Origin: Flavobacteriales bacterium UBA7690 | GTDB lineage: Bacteria > Bacteroidota > Bacteroidia > Flavobacteriales_F > PHOS-HE28 | Reading direction: 5' to 3' | DNA: 64,000 nucleotides | NCBI GenBank assembly: GCA_002482775.1 | Contig: DLGQ01000109.1 | Location: 47,789-111,788 of the forward strand | Part shown: one piece after another, positions 18,743 through 27,727 of the stretch | Layout: every line of letters begins with the position of its first letter | How positions within the stretch are numbered: position 1 is the first letter of the stretch | Made by a program: the position numbers and the translations under genes | Notes under the pieces: model-generated | What the model was told of the DNA's origin: nothing | Databases searched by the model: none | The model's input: only the letters and a program-made list of their open reading frames with translations

Positions 18743-19154
18743 GATGAGCACCAACGGGCGTCGGCAAGAGACCAGCACAGCGACCATCGAACTGGTGGCA
18801 CCGAGCTTCATCGAGCAACGCTACCGCACTGATGCTCGCATCGTGTCCGGCGTATTCGAACAGAACAGGAAAGCGCGTTGGAAGGTCGCCGGCGGAAAGC
18901 CGTGCGTGGTATTGATCATCGTACCACCGGAACTCGCCCTTCACACACCCTCCACCAACCAGGACCACTTCCGCGCGGATAGCGAAGCGCGCAGCATCAT
19001 CGCACTAGCGGTGGTGGCCCAGAACATGGCCGTGTACACAGCGGCGAAATTCTACTTCCGCTATTACGCGCAGGCGTTCGAGGCGCGCGTGTTCGAAGAA
19101 GAGGAAGAGGCGCGGCGATGGTTGACCGATATGTTGGAACGGACAACGCCGTGA
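18743..19154 (+). CDS. hypothetical protein, paralog 2 (137 aa)
   Basis: Tandem paralog of 18172-18591, about 35-40% identical by eye. Confidence 0.5.
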
Positions 19155-19213
19155 TGAACCATCACGGCGCTGTAGTCCGAGTTCGTTATGCTGAAGTCCC
19201 GGCTATCGCAACC

Positions 19214-20449
19214 CTACTTGAACGCTGCCAACCCCGTCACCTCCATGCCGGTGATCAGCAGGTGGATATCGTGCGTGCCTTCGTAAGTCACTACGCTTTC
19301 GAGGTTCATCATGTGGCGCATGATGGGGTACTCGTTGGTGATGCCCATGCCGCCGAGGATCTGGCGTGCTTCGCGGGCAACCGTCAGTGCCAAGTGTACG
19401 TTGTTGCGTTTGGCCATGCTGATCTGTGCGGTGGTGGCACGGCCTTCGTTGCGCAGCACACCCAAACGCCAGGTGAGCAACTGTGCTTTGGTGATCTCGG
19501 TGATCATTTCGGCGAGCTTCTTCTGCGTGAGCTGGAACTGGCCGATGGGCTTACCGAACTGGACGCGTTCCTTGCTGTAGCGCAGTGCGGTATCGTAGCA
19601 CTCCATGGCCACGCCCAGTGTACCCCAGGCGATGCCGAACCGCGCGCTGTCCAAGCAACCGAGCGGTGCGCCCAGGCCGCTCTTGTTCGGGAGCAGGTTG
19701 GCCTTGGGCACTTTCACGTTGTCGAACACGAGTTCGCCGGTGGGGCTGGCACGCAGCGAGAGCTTCCCGTGCGTGGTAGGCGTGGAAAAGCCTTCCATGC
19801 CACGCTCCACGATGAGGCCGTGGATGCGGCCTTCGGTGTTCTCGGCTTTCGCCCACACGATGGCGAGGTCGGCGAAGGGCGCGTTGCTGATCCACATCTT
19901 GGCCCCGTTCAATAGATAGTGGTCGCCCATGTCCTTGAACACGGTGACCATGCCGCCGGGGTTACTACCGTGGTCCGGTTCGGTAAGGCCGAAGCAACCG
20001 ATCTTCCGGCCGGCGGCCATGTCCGGCAGCCACTTCATCTTCTGCTCTTCGCTGCCGTATTTCCAGATGGGGTACATGGCCAACGAGCCTTGCACGCTGC
20101 ACAAGCTGCGCATGCCACTGTCGCAACGTTCGATCTCTTGCATGATCAGGCCATAGCTGATCTGGTCCAGGCCCATGCCGCCGTATTGGGTGGGCACCAT
20201 GGGTCCGAAAGCCCCGATCTCGGCCAAGCCGGGGATGATGTCCTTGCTGAAGGTGGCGTTCTCGAAGCGGTCTTCGATGATCGGCTTCAGGTGCTTGCTC
20301 ACGTGCTGGCGCGCCGTGTCACGGATCAGTTTCTGCTCTTCCGTGAGCAGTTCGTCCACCAAATAGTGGTCGTGGCTCTGGTAGAGGTCGGTGGTATTGC
20401 GCTTTTCAGCGGAACTCTTGGTGGCCGTAGCGGAAGTGGTCGTGCTCAT
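19214..20449 (-). CDS. acyl-CoA dehydrogenase, glutaryl-CoA dehydrogenase-like
   Basis: ACAD fold motifs (GLTEPDHGSNPGG, YEGTHDIHLLITG). Start chosen at MSTTTSAT (20449). Confidence 0.8.
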   Translation of the reverse strand: MSTTTSATATKSSAEKRNTTDLYQSHDHYLVDELLTEEQKLIRDTARQHVSKHLKPIIEDRFENATFSKDIIPGLAEIGAFGPMVPTQYGGMGLDQISYGLIMQEIERCDSGMRSLCSVQGSLAMYPIWKYGSEEQKMKWLPDMAAGRKIGCFGLTEPDHGSNPGGMVTVFKDMGDHYLLNGAKMWISNAPFADLAIVWAKAENTEGRIHGLIVERGMEGFSTPTTHGKLSLRASPTGELVFDNVKVPKANLLPNKSGLGAPLGCLDSARFGIAWGTLGVAMECYDTALRYSKERVQFGKPIGQFQLTQKKLAEMITEITKAQLLTWRLGVLRNEGRATTAQISMAKRNNVHLALTVAREARQILGGMGITNEYPIMRHMMNLESVVTYEGTHDIHLLITGMEVTGLAAFK

Positions 20450-20583
20450 GGGTCGTCCAGCGCTGCTGGTGCGCGGGGAGGGTGTTGAACGCAAAAGGAT
20501 GTTCCGGCGTTCGCGGTGCAAAAGTAGGTTAGGGGCAGGGGCGCAAGCCTCGTGCGGTCGGTTACATTCGCGATCCCAAGGCC

Positions 20584-21267
20584 ATGACCACCGAAGCGAC
20601 CACCGATACCCTGCGCGCCAGCGACCCGCTGAACGCGGAGTGGGTCACGGTGGTATTGCTGTTCGTGGTCGTCCTCTTGGCACTGATCAACGTGAGTTCT
20701 CCGCGCAAATGGCGCTTGGTGGGGCGTTCCATGTTCCAGATGCGGTTAGGCAAACAGGCGTTGCGCGAAGAGATGGACCTGCAGGACCGGGCGTTCCTTG
20801 GCCTGCTGCTGGTGGGCTGTACCGTGCTGGCCTTGTTCGGCTGGCAGTTCATGACCATCAGCGGCGTGCCTTCCGCCTTCCCGGCGCTCACCTTGGCGGT
20901 CTTGGGCGTGGTGCTGGGGCACTATGTGTTGCTCCGGATCGTTGGTGCGTTGATGCGTACCTCACCGGGGGTTGAAGAATACCTCTACACGGGCTTCCTC
21001 ATCTTCATCTTGGCCGGGGTGGTTCTCCTGCCGGTGGTGGTCTTCGGCGCCTACCACGCTGCCTGGCGTCCGGGGGCACTTTTCGTGGGCTGGGGTCTTA
21101 TCGTATTGCTTCTCCTCTACCGCTGGTTCAGGGGTGCATGGATCGGGGTTGGGGAGGGTATCCCGCTCCGCTACATTATTCTTTACTTTTGCGCCGCCGA
21201 ATTGATCCCCATACTTCTGGGTATCCAACAGTGGCGGAACACACCTTCTTTGCTGTCCCATATCTAA
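20584..21267 (+). CDS. DUF4271 domain-containing membrane protein
   Basis: Polytopic membrane protein immediately upstream of hemD, the conserved Bacteroidota arrangement. Confidence 0.6.
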   Translation: MTTEATTDTLRASDPLNAEWVTVVLLFVVVLLALINVSSPRKWRLVGRSMFQMRLGKQALREEMDLQDRAFLGLLLVGCTVLALFGWQFMTISGVPSAFPALTLAVLGVVLGHYVLLRIVGALMRTSPGVEEYLYTGFLIFILAGVVLLPVVVFGAYHAAWRPGALFVGWGLIVLLLLYRWFRGAWIGVGEGIPLRYIILYFCAAELIPILLGIQQWRNTPSLLSHI

Positions 21268-21278
21268 GCCGATCGGCC

Positions 21279-22028
21279 TTGAAGATCAAGACCATCCTCG
21301 TTTCGCAGCCCGCCCCCACGGATGAGAAGTCGCCCTACCACGAGTTGGCGAAGAAGTACGCGCTGAAGATCGACTTCCGCCCGTTCATCAAAGTGGAGGC
21401 TGTGCCTGCGCAGGATTTCCGCCAGGAGCGCATCAACATCCTGGACCATACGGCCATCGTGCTCACCAGCCGCAACGCTGTGGACCACTTCTTCCGCATG
21501 TGCAAGGAACTGCGCCTCACCGTGCCGGAGACCATGAAGTATTTCTGCGTGAGCGAGAGCGTGGCGTACTACGTGCAGAAGTACATCGTGTACCGCAAGC
21601 GCAAGGTTTTCATCGGCAAGCAGACCTTCGGGGACCTGATGGACGTGATCAAGAAGCACAAGGAGGAGAAATTCCTGGTGCCCGGCAGCGATATCCAGAA
21701 AGGGGAGATCCCCACCTTGTTGGAAAAGGCGAACGTGAGTTTCACCAACGCGGTGTTCTACCGCACGGTGGCCAGCGACCTCAGCGATCTGAAGGACCTG
21801 AAGTACGATATGCTCGTGTTCTTCAGTCCCGGCGGCATCGAGAGCCTGAAGAAGAACTTCCCCAAGTTCAAGCAGAACGGGGTGTTCATCGCGGCCTTCG
21901 GCCCCACCACATCCAAGGCCGTGCGCGACAATGGCTTCCGCCTGGATCTGGAAGCGCCGCTTCCCGAAGCCCCCAGCATGACCGGAGCCATGGAGCTCTT
22001 CATCAAGCGGGAGGCCAAGAAGAAGTGA
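21279..22028 (+). CDS. hemD: uroporphyrinogen-III synthase
   Basis: HemD-like sequence (MKIKTILVSQPAP...). No ATG is available, so a TTG start at 21279 gives the canonical MKIK N-terminus. Confidence 0.75.
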   Translation: MKIKTILVSQPAPTDEKSPYHELAKKYALKIDFRPFIKVEAVPAQDFRQERINILDHTAIVLTSRNAVDHFFRMCKELRLTVPETMKYFCVSESVAYYVQKYIVYRKRKVFIGKQTFGDLMDVIKKHKEEKFLVPGSDIQKGEIPTLLEKANVSFTNAVFYRTVASDLSDLKDLKYDMLVFFSPGGIESLKKNFPKFKQNGVFIAAFGPTTSKAVRDNGFRLDLEAPLPEAPSMTGAMELFIKREAKKK

Positions 22029-22081
22029 CCACCTTGCGTCACTGGGCCAACCGTCCATCGTTGTTCATCCGCCCTTGACCC

Positions 22082-22465
22082 ATGGAGCGGCTTACCTTCA
22101 GCAAACACGAACGGCTCACCGGCCGCCTGCGCATCCAGGAAGTGGTCACCACCGGCCGCTCCCTGCACGAACAGCCGTTGAAGCTCGTGGGGAAGATCAT
22201 GCCACTGCCTACCGAAGCATCCGCCCAAGTGGCCTTCGCCATCCCCAAGCGGTACATGAAGTTGGCCGTGCATCGCAACCGCATGCGGCGCCTGCTGCGC
22301 GAAGCCTACCGCCTCAACAAACACAGCTACCACCAACGGTTGCGCGAGGCTGGCAAACAATGTGCATGGCTTTTCGTCTACCAAGGGAAACAACCGCTCA
22401 CCTTGGCGGAGACCCAATTGAAAATAACCCGGTCGCTGGACCGTTGGATGGAGAAGCATGCGTAG
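22082..22465 (+). CDS. rnpA: ribonuclease P protein component
   Basis: 127-aa basic protein ([12 protein letters not shown]...FAIPKRY...[16 protein letters not shown]) followed by yidD. Confidence 0.85.
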   Translation: MERLTFSKHERLTGRLRIQEVVTTGRSLHEQPLKLVGKIMPLPTEASAQVAFAIPKRYMKLAVHRNRMRRLLREAYRLNKHSYHQRLREAGKQCAWLFVYQGKQPLTLAETQLKITRSLDRWMEKHA

Positions 22466-22700
22466 GATCCTGGCACTACCGTTGATCGGGCTGGTACACT
22501 TGTACCGGTACACCCTGTCCCCGCTATTGCCCGGTGCCTGCCGCTACACGCCGTCCTGTTCCGAGTACGGGTTGGAAGCACTGCGTACGCATGGCGCGTT
22601 CCGCGGCGGTTACCTCACCCTCAAGCGCATCTTATCTTGTCATCCGTGGGGCGGTCATGGCCACGACCCTGTCCCACAAGCCCAGAAGAAACATGGATAA
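22458..22700 (+). CDS. yidD: membrane protein insertion efficiency factor YidD
   Basis: [16 protein letters not shown]...[15 protein letters not shown] signature. Overlaps the rnpA stop. Confidence 0.85.
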   Translation: MRRILALPLIGLVHLYRYTLSPLLPGACRYTPSCSEYGLEALRTHGAFRGGYLTLKRILSCHPWGGHGHDPVPQAQKKHG

Positions 22701-24375
22701 CCAGACCCCCTCCCGCACATCGAAGTGGAAAATGGCGCTCATCAGCGCTACCATCGTTGGTGGTGGTGCATTCACCATTTCCGCCGGTGATAGCTACTTC
22801 GAGATCAGCAAGAACCTGGAGATCTTCACCGAGCTGTACAAGGAGCTGAACATCTATTACGTGGATGACACACAGCCCGGCAAGCTGATGAAGACGGGCA
22901 TCGACGCGATGCTCAACTCGCTGGATCCCTACACACAGTACATCCCGGAGAGCGACATGGAGGATTACCGCTTCATGACCACCGGCCAGTACGGCGGCAT
23001 CGGCGCGCTGATCAAACGCTCCAACGATAGGGTGTTCGTTAGCGACCCCTACGAAGGATACCCTGCCATGAAAGCGGGCATCTGGGCCGGTGATGAGATC
23101 ATGGAAGTGGACGGCAAGAAGATAGCGGGCATGGAGACCGATGAGGTGAGCAAGCTGTTAAAAGGCCAGGCCGGTAGCGTGGTGAAAGTGATCACCCAAC
23201 GCCAAGGCATGGACCCGGTCACGCACTCGCTCACGCGCGAAGAGATCAAGATCCCGGACGTTCCCTACAAAGGCATGATCGATCCGGTGAACAAGGTGGG
23301 CTACATCAAGCTGAACAGCTTCACGCAGACCGCCGGTCAGGAAGTGCGGAACGGGATGAAGGAGCTGAAGGATCAGGGCGCCACGAAGCTCGTGCTCGAC
23401 CTCCGCGGCAATGGTGGTGGCTTGCTGCGCGAAGCGGTGAACATCGTGAACCTCTTCGTGCCGAAGAACGAACTGGTGGTGGAGACCAAGGGCAAGATCC
23501 CCGAGTGGGACAAGACCTACAAGACGTTGAGCGAACCGGTCGATGCCGGCATCCCGCTGGTGATCCTGGTGGATGGCCAAAGCGCCAGCGCCAGCGAGAT
23601 CGTCTGCGGTGCCTTGCAGGATCTGGACCGTGGGGTCGTTGTTGGCGAGCGCACGTATGGCAAGGGCCTCGTGCAGCAAACGCGCGACCTCTACTACAAC
23701 AGCAAGCTGAAGGTGACGGTGGCGAAGTACTACATCCCCAGCGGCCGTTGCATCCAGAAACTGGATTACGCGCACCGCGACAGCACAGGGAAGGTAGCAG
23801 AAGTGAAGGACGAAGCCATCGCGGAGTTCAAGACGCGCAACGGGCGTCCGGTGTACGATGGTCGCGGTATCCTGCCCGATGTGGAAGTGATGGATCCTGA
23901 ACTCGCCAAGGTGGTGGGTGGCCTGTACGGCAAGGATCTCTTCTTCGACTTCGCCACCAAGTATCGCCTAGCGAACCCGGAGATCGCACCGGCGGAAGAA
24001 TTCAAGATCAGCGATGCGCTCTACCAGGAGTTCGTGGACTACGTGAAGGACAAGAAGTTCGAGTACGACACCGAGAGCTTGGAGGCGTTCAAGAAGTTGG
24101 AAGAAGCCGCCAAGAAGGAGCGCTACTACGACCATGCCAAGGCGCAGCTGGAAGCATTGCACGCTGAACTCGCGCCGGACCGCACCGAGGAACTCACGCG
24201 TTTCCGCAGCGACATCGAAGAGGTGTTGAAGAGCGAGATCGTGGGCCGCTACTACTACCAGACCGGTCGTGCTAAAGCCAGCCTCACCACGGACCCGAGC
24301 GTGAAGTCGGCGATCGAGATCCTGAACGGGCCGCGTTACAACGAGGTGCTCACCACGATCAAGACCGGCAAATAG
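22693..24375 (+). CDS. S41 family carboxyl-terminal processing peptidase
   Basis: PDZ plus S41 catalytic region ([21 protein letters not shown]). ATG at 22693 gives an N-terminal TM helix. Confidence 0.85.
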   Translation: MDNQTPSRTSKWKMALISATIVGGGAFTISAGDSYFEISKNLEIFTELYKELNIYYVDDTQPGKLMKTGIDAMLNSLDPYTQYIPESDMEDYRFMTTGQYGGIGALIKRSNDRVFVSDPYEGYPAMKAGIWAGDEIMEVDGKKIAGMETDEVSKLLKGQAGSVVKVITQRQGMDPVTHSLTREEIKIPDVPYKGMIDPVNKVGYIKLNSFTQTAGQEVRNGMKELKDQGATKLVLDLRGNGGGLLREAVNIVNLFVPKNELVVETKGKIPEWDKTYKTLSEPVDAGIPLVILVDGQSASASEIVCGALQDLDRGVVVGERTYGKGLVQQTRDLYYNSKLKVTVAKYYIPSGRCIQKLDYAHRDSTGKVAEVKDEAIAEFKTRNGRPVYDGRGILPDVEVMDPELAKVVGGLYGKDLFFDFATKYRLANPEIAPAEEFKISDALYQEFVDYVKDKKFEYDTESLEAFKKLEEAAKKERYYDHAKAQLEALHAELAPDRTEELTRFRSDIEEVLKSEIVGRYYYQTGRAKASLTTDPSVKSAIEILNGPRYNEVLTTIKTGK

Positions 24376-24381
24376 GAACGG

Positions 24382-25989
24382 ATGACGGTGGCGCCATCGG
24401 GCCTGTTGCGGGGCCACGATGTATTCCGGTCCGTGCACGTTGGTGCACTGGCGCTGTGTGCGATCATGTTACCGTGGAGCACGGCCATCCTCAGCATGGC
24501 GCAGATGCTGCTGGTGGCGAACTGGCTGGCGGAAGGCGTGGTGCGCAAGGATCTGGTGCAGCGCTTTCGACGGGCGTTCACGTGGGCACCATCGCTGTTG
24601 TTCATCTCGTTCTTCGCCCTGCATGTGATCGGTCTGTTGTGGACCGAGGACATGAAGTGGGGCGTGGACCTGGTGCGCATCCTGTTGCCGGTGCTTTCGT
24701 TCGGTGCGGTGCTGGCCGCGAGCCCTCGACTGGAGCGGAGGGAATACGACACGGTCCTGCTCCTCGGTGCATGGAGCGTGGTCACCAGCACCATTGCCTG
24801 CCTCGTACTGAACACGGCCGATGCGATGGACTACCGTTCGCTGTCGGTGTTCATCAGCCACATCCGACTAAGCATGTTGTTGTGTTTGGCGGTGGTCATC
24901 CTGCTGCTCGATCGTTCTAGCGCGTTGTGGTTCCGCTTACTAGGCTATGGTGCGGTGATGTGGGCGATGGTCTTCATCAATAAGCTGGGTAGCCTGCAGG
25001 GGTTCTTCGTGCTTGGTGTCATCGGCATGTTCTTCACCTGGCGCTGGGCTGATCGGTTGTCCAAGAAGTGGTCATACGTGCTGCGCGCTGCCCTCATTGT
25101 TCTACCCATCATTGCAGCATTCGCTGTGGTGCAGGAGGTACGGTCGCAGTACCGGTTGCCCGATCCAGAAATGGGAAGGCATGTGGAGCTTTCCGCCAGC
25201 GGCGAGCCCTACACATACGACCTCACCAACCCGCAAATGGAGAACGGCACGCACGTGTGGACCTATGTGGCCTGGCGGGAGATGGACCGTACGTGGCCGC
25301 TGCGCAGTAATCGTCCATTACAAGGGAAGGACGATAAGGGCCACGAAGTGTGGAGCACCCTGATCCGCTACCTCGCATCGAAGGGGTTGAAGAAGGACAG
25401 CATCGGGGTGATGAGCCTGACCGATGCCGATGTGCGTGCCATTGAACAAGGGATCCCCAGCGTGGTGCAAGAGCAACGCAGCGAATGGCGCGAGCGTGTG
25501 GACGAGGTGTTGTTCGAGTTGGCACAGTACCGGGCCTACGGCCGTGCCGAAGGACATTCCGTGGCGATGCGCTTGGAATACCTGAAGGCAGGCTGGGCCA
25601 TTGCCAAGGAGAATTGGTCTATCGGAGTGGGCACGGGCGATACACAACGTGCCTTCCTGGAAGAGTACGAACGTTCCGGTTCATCGCTCTCCTTGGAATG
25701 GCGGCATCGTGCACACAACGAATACCTCACGCTGTGGATCACCTTCGGCGTGGTGGGCCTGCTGTGGTCGCTTGTTGCTTGGTGTTGGCCAGCGTGGCGA
25801 ACAGGAGCTTGGCACAACGCACATTTCGTGGCATGGGCCATCATCTTCGCGATCTCCTGCCTAACGGACGACACCATCGAGACGCAAGCAGGGGCTACGT
25901 TCTTCGGCTTGTACTACGCGTTGTTCGTGTTCGCTGCGCCCCGGAGGATCACGGGCGCTGGATCAGCTCCAGTACACGGTGCGGGCTGA
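24382..25989 (+). CDS. O-antigen ligase (Wzy_C) family membrane protein
   Basis: Polytopic membrane protein with an RHRAHNEYLTLWITFG Wzy_C-type motif. Upstream of GT9 and GT2 glycosyltransferases. Confidence 0.65.
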   Translation: MTVAPSGLLRGHDVFRSVHVGALALCAIMLPWSTAILSMAQMLLVANWLAEGVVRKDLVQRFRRAFTWAPSLLFISFFALHVIGLLWTEDMKWGVDLVRILLPVLSFGAVLAASPRLERREYDTVLLLGAWSVVTSTIACLVLNTADAMDYRSLSVFISHIRLSMLLCLAVVILLLDRSSALWFRLLGYGAVMWAMVFINKLGSLQGFFVLGVIGMFFTWRWADRLSKKWSYVLRAALIVLPIIAAFAVVQEVRSQYRLPDPEMGRHVELSASGEPYTYDLTNPQMENGTHVWTYVAWREMDRTWPLRSNRPLQGKDDKGHEVWSTLIRYLASKGLKKDSIGVMSLTDADVRAIEQGIPSVVQEQRSEWRERVDEVLFELAQYRAYGRAEGHSVAMRLEYLKAGWAIAKENWSIGVGTGDTQRAFLEEYERSGSSLSLEWRHRAHNEYLTLWITFGVVGLLWSLVAWCWPAWRTGAWHNAHFVAWAIIFAISCLTDDTIETQAGATFFGLYYALFVFAAPRRITGAGSAPVHGAG

Positions 25990-26971
25990 TCCGTTGGATG
26001 CAATCGCAGGTCTTCCCTCCAACGCAGGTCGGGCACGCCGGATCATCCACCAACGCATGCGTATCCCGCCCGATGGGTGCCCAGCGGCCAGGATGGATAG
26101 GCCTGCGCGAGGAGAATAGACCGATAGCCCGGATGCCTGAAGCCGCAGCGATGTGCAGTGGTCCTGTGCTGGCCGCCACCAGCGCATCGCTCGCACCGAT
26201 CACGGCGATCAATTCTGGTAGCGAAAGTTTGCCACCCGCATCGATGGTGGAAGGATGGTCGAGTGGCAGCACCGTGCGGTAATGATCCGCTTCGGCTTGT
26301 GTGCCGGTCACGATCGTGGTGTACGGCCCATCGTTCAACAAGCGGATCAACGCTGCGAAGTTGGCCAGGCCCCATTCCACGGCGCTTCCCTTGGAGCCCG
26401 GATGCAGGATCACGGTGCGTTTCCCCGGTACGGACCAAGAGGGGTTTTGCGCGTGGAGCGGAGGTGTCGTGAAGCCGTACAGAGCCGCCAACCGGTCCAT
26501 CGTTGGAATTTCCTCGATCCCCAATGGGCGTAACAACTTCGTGTTCAACTGGGCTTCGTGCAGGTCGCTTCTCTTCCGGCTGAAGGCCACGCGGTCCGTG
26601 CAGGTGAACCAGTGCCACAAGCGGTTGGTGGTGCCGATGCGTACGGGGATATCGGCTTGCTTCGCCCAGCGTGCCACTTCCTTTTTCGGGAATACATGCA
26701 CCAAGGCATCGGCGCGCAGTTCACGCAGGAGGGCGACCGCATCACCGGCTTGCAGTTCTTCCAAGGTGAGGATGTGATCGATGTGCGTGCACCGTTCCAA
26801 CACCGGTCGGGTATAGGTGCGGCCCAGGAAGGTGATGCGCACGTGGGGCATGCGCTCTTTCAGCAGTCCTGCAAGTGGCAAGGTCAGCATCACGTCTCCG
26901 ATGCTGTCCGTGCGGCTCAGGATGATGTGCTCAGGTGCTTTGGGCACGGTGCAAACGATCGAGTTTGGCAT
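25949..26971 (-). CDS. glycosyltransferase family 9 (LPS heptosyltransferase-like)
   Basis: N-terminal ILSRTDSIGDVMLTLPL and C-terminal GPLHIAAASG motifs of GT9. Confidence 0.8.
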   Translation of the reverse strand: MPNSIVCTVPKAPEHIILSRTDSIGDVMLTLPLAGLLKERMPHVRITFLGRTYTRPVLERCTHIDHILTLEELQAGDAVALLRELRADALVHVFPKKEVARWAKQADIPVRIGTTNRLWHWFTCTDRVAFSRKRSDLHEAQLNTKLLRPLGIEEIPTMDRLAALYGFTTPPLHAQNPSWSVPGKRTVILHPGSKGSAVEWGLANFAALIRLLNDGPYTTIVTGTQAEADHYRTVLPLDHPSTIDAGGKLSLPELIAVIGASDALVAASTGPLHIAAASGIRAIGLFSSRRPIHPGRWAPIGRDTHALVDDPACPTCVGGKTCDCIQRISPHRVLELIQRP

Positions 26972-27692
26972 ACTTCAACTGCACCGCGCGGGCGCTGAGG
27001 CGAGCGATGTTCCAGCCGGCTTGGCCATCCAGGAATCCCGCACGTAAGACATAGCCTTGCACAAATTTCACCGCAGGTGAGAAGGTGCTTTTGAAGAGGC
27101 CTCCCTTCTTTCCTGCTGCGAACATCTTGCGAGCATGCAGGTCGCTGTAGCGTTCAATGCGGTCCTCATGCGACTTCAGCGTGGGGTAGGAATAGTGCAG
27201 CAGATCACCTTGCAGTTGATGCACGACTGTTCCTGGAGCGAGCCGCAATTCCTCGTGTACGTGTTCCCCTTCCCAGCGCGTGCCTTCCTTCGGGAACAAC
27301 CGCACTTTCGCATCGGGGTACCACCCGCCGTGGCGCACCCAGGATCCGCAGTAATTGGTGAGGCGGTTGAAGCGGTAGGCCCCGGAGGGTTTTGCCTTGA
27401 TCACCGCCATCAGTGCCGCACGTAGTTCAGCGGAAATGGCTTCGTCCGCATCCATGGAAAGGATGTAGGGTCGTGTGGCTTGCGCGTTCGCGAAGTTCTT
27501 CTGGTCGGAATAGTCCGTCCACGTGCGCACGATCACGCGAGCCCCATGGTCCGTGGCGATCCTTTGTGTGTCGTCGGTGCTTTCGGCGTCCACCACGATC
27601 ACCTCATCCACCAGCATGTTGAGCGAGATGAGGCAACGCGCGATGTTGTGCGCTTCGTTGTGGGTGATGATCACTGCGGAAATACCGGTCAT
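26931..27692 (-). CDS. glycosyltransferase family 2
   Basis: ISAVIITHNEAHNIARCL...DADE motif. About 250 aa. Confidence 0.8.
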   Translation of the reverse strand: MTGISAVIITHNEAHNIARCLISLNMLVDEVIVVDAESTDDTQRIATDHGARVIVRTWTDYSDQKNFANAQATRPYILSMDADEAISAELRAALMAVIKAKPSGAYRFNRLTNYCGSWVRHGGWYPDAKVRLFPKEGTRWEGEHVHEELRLAPGTVVHQLQGDLLHYSYPTLKSHEDRIERYSDLHARKMFAAGKKGGLFKSTFSPAVKFVQGYVLRAGFLDGQAGWNIARLSARAVQLKYAKLDRLHRAQST

Positions 27693-27727
27693 GCGACGCC
27701 GAAGTTAGCGGCCAGCATGTTGACCGA

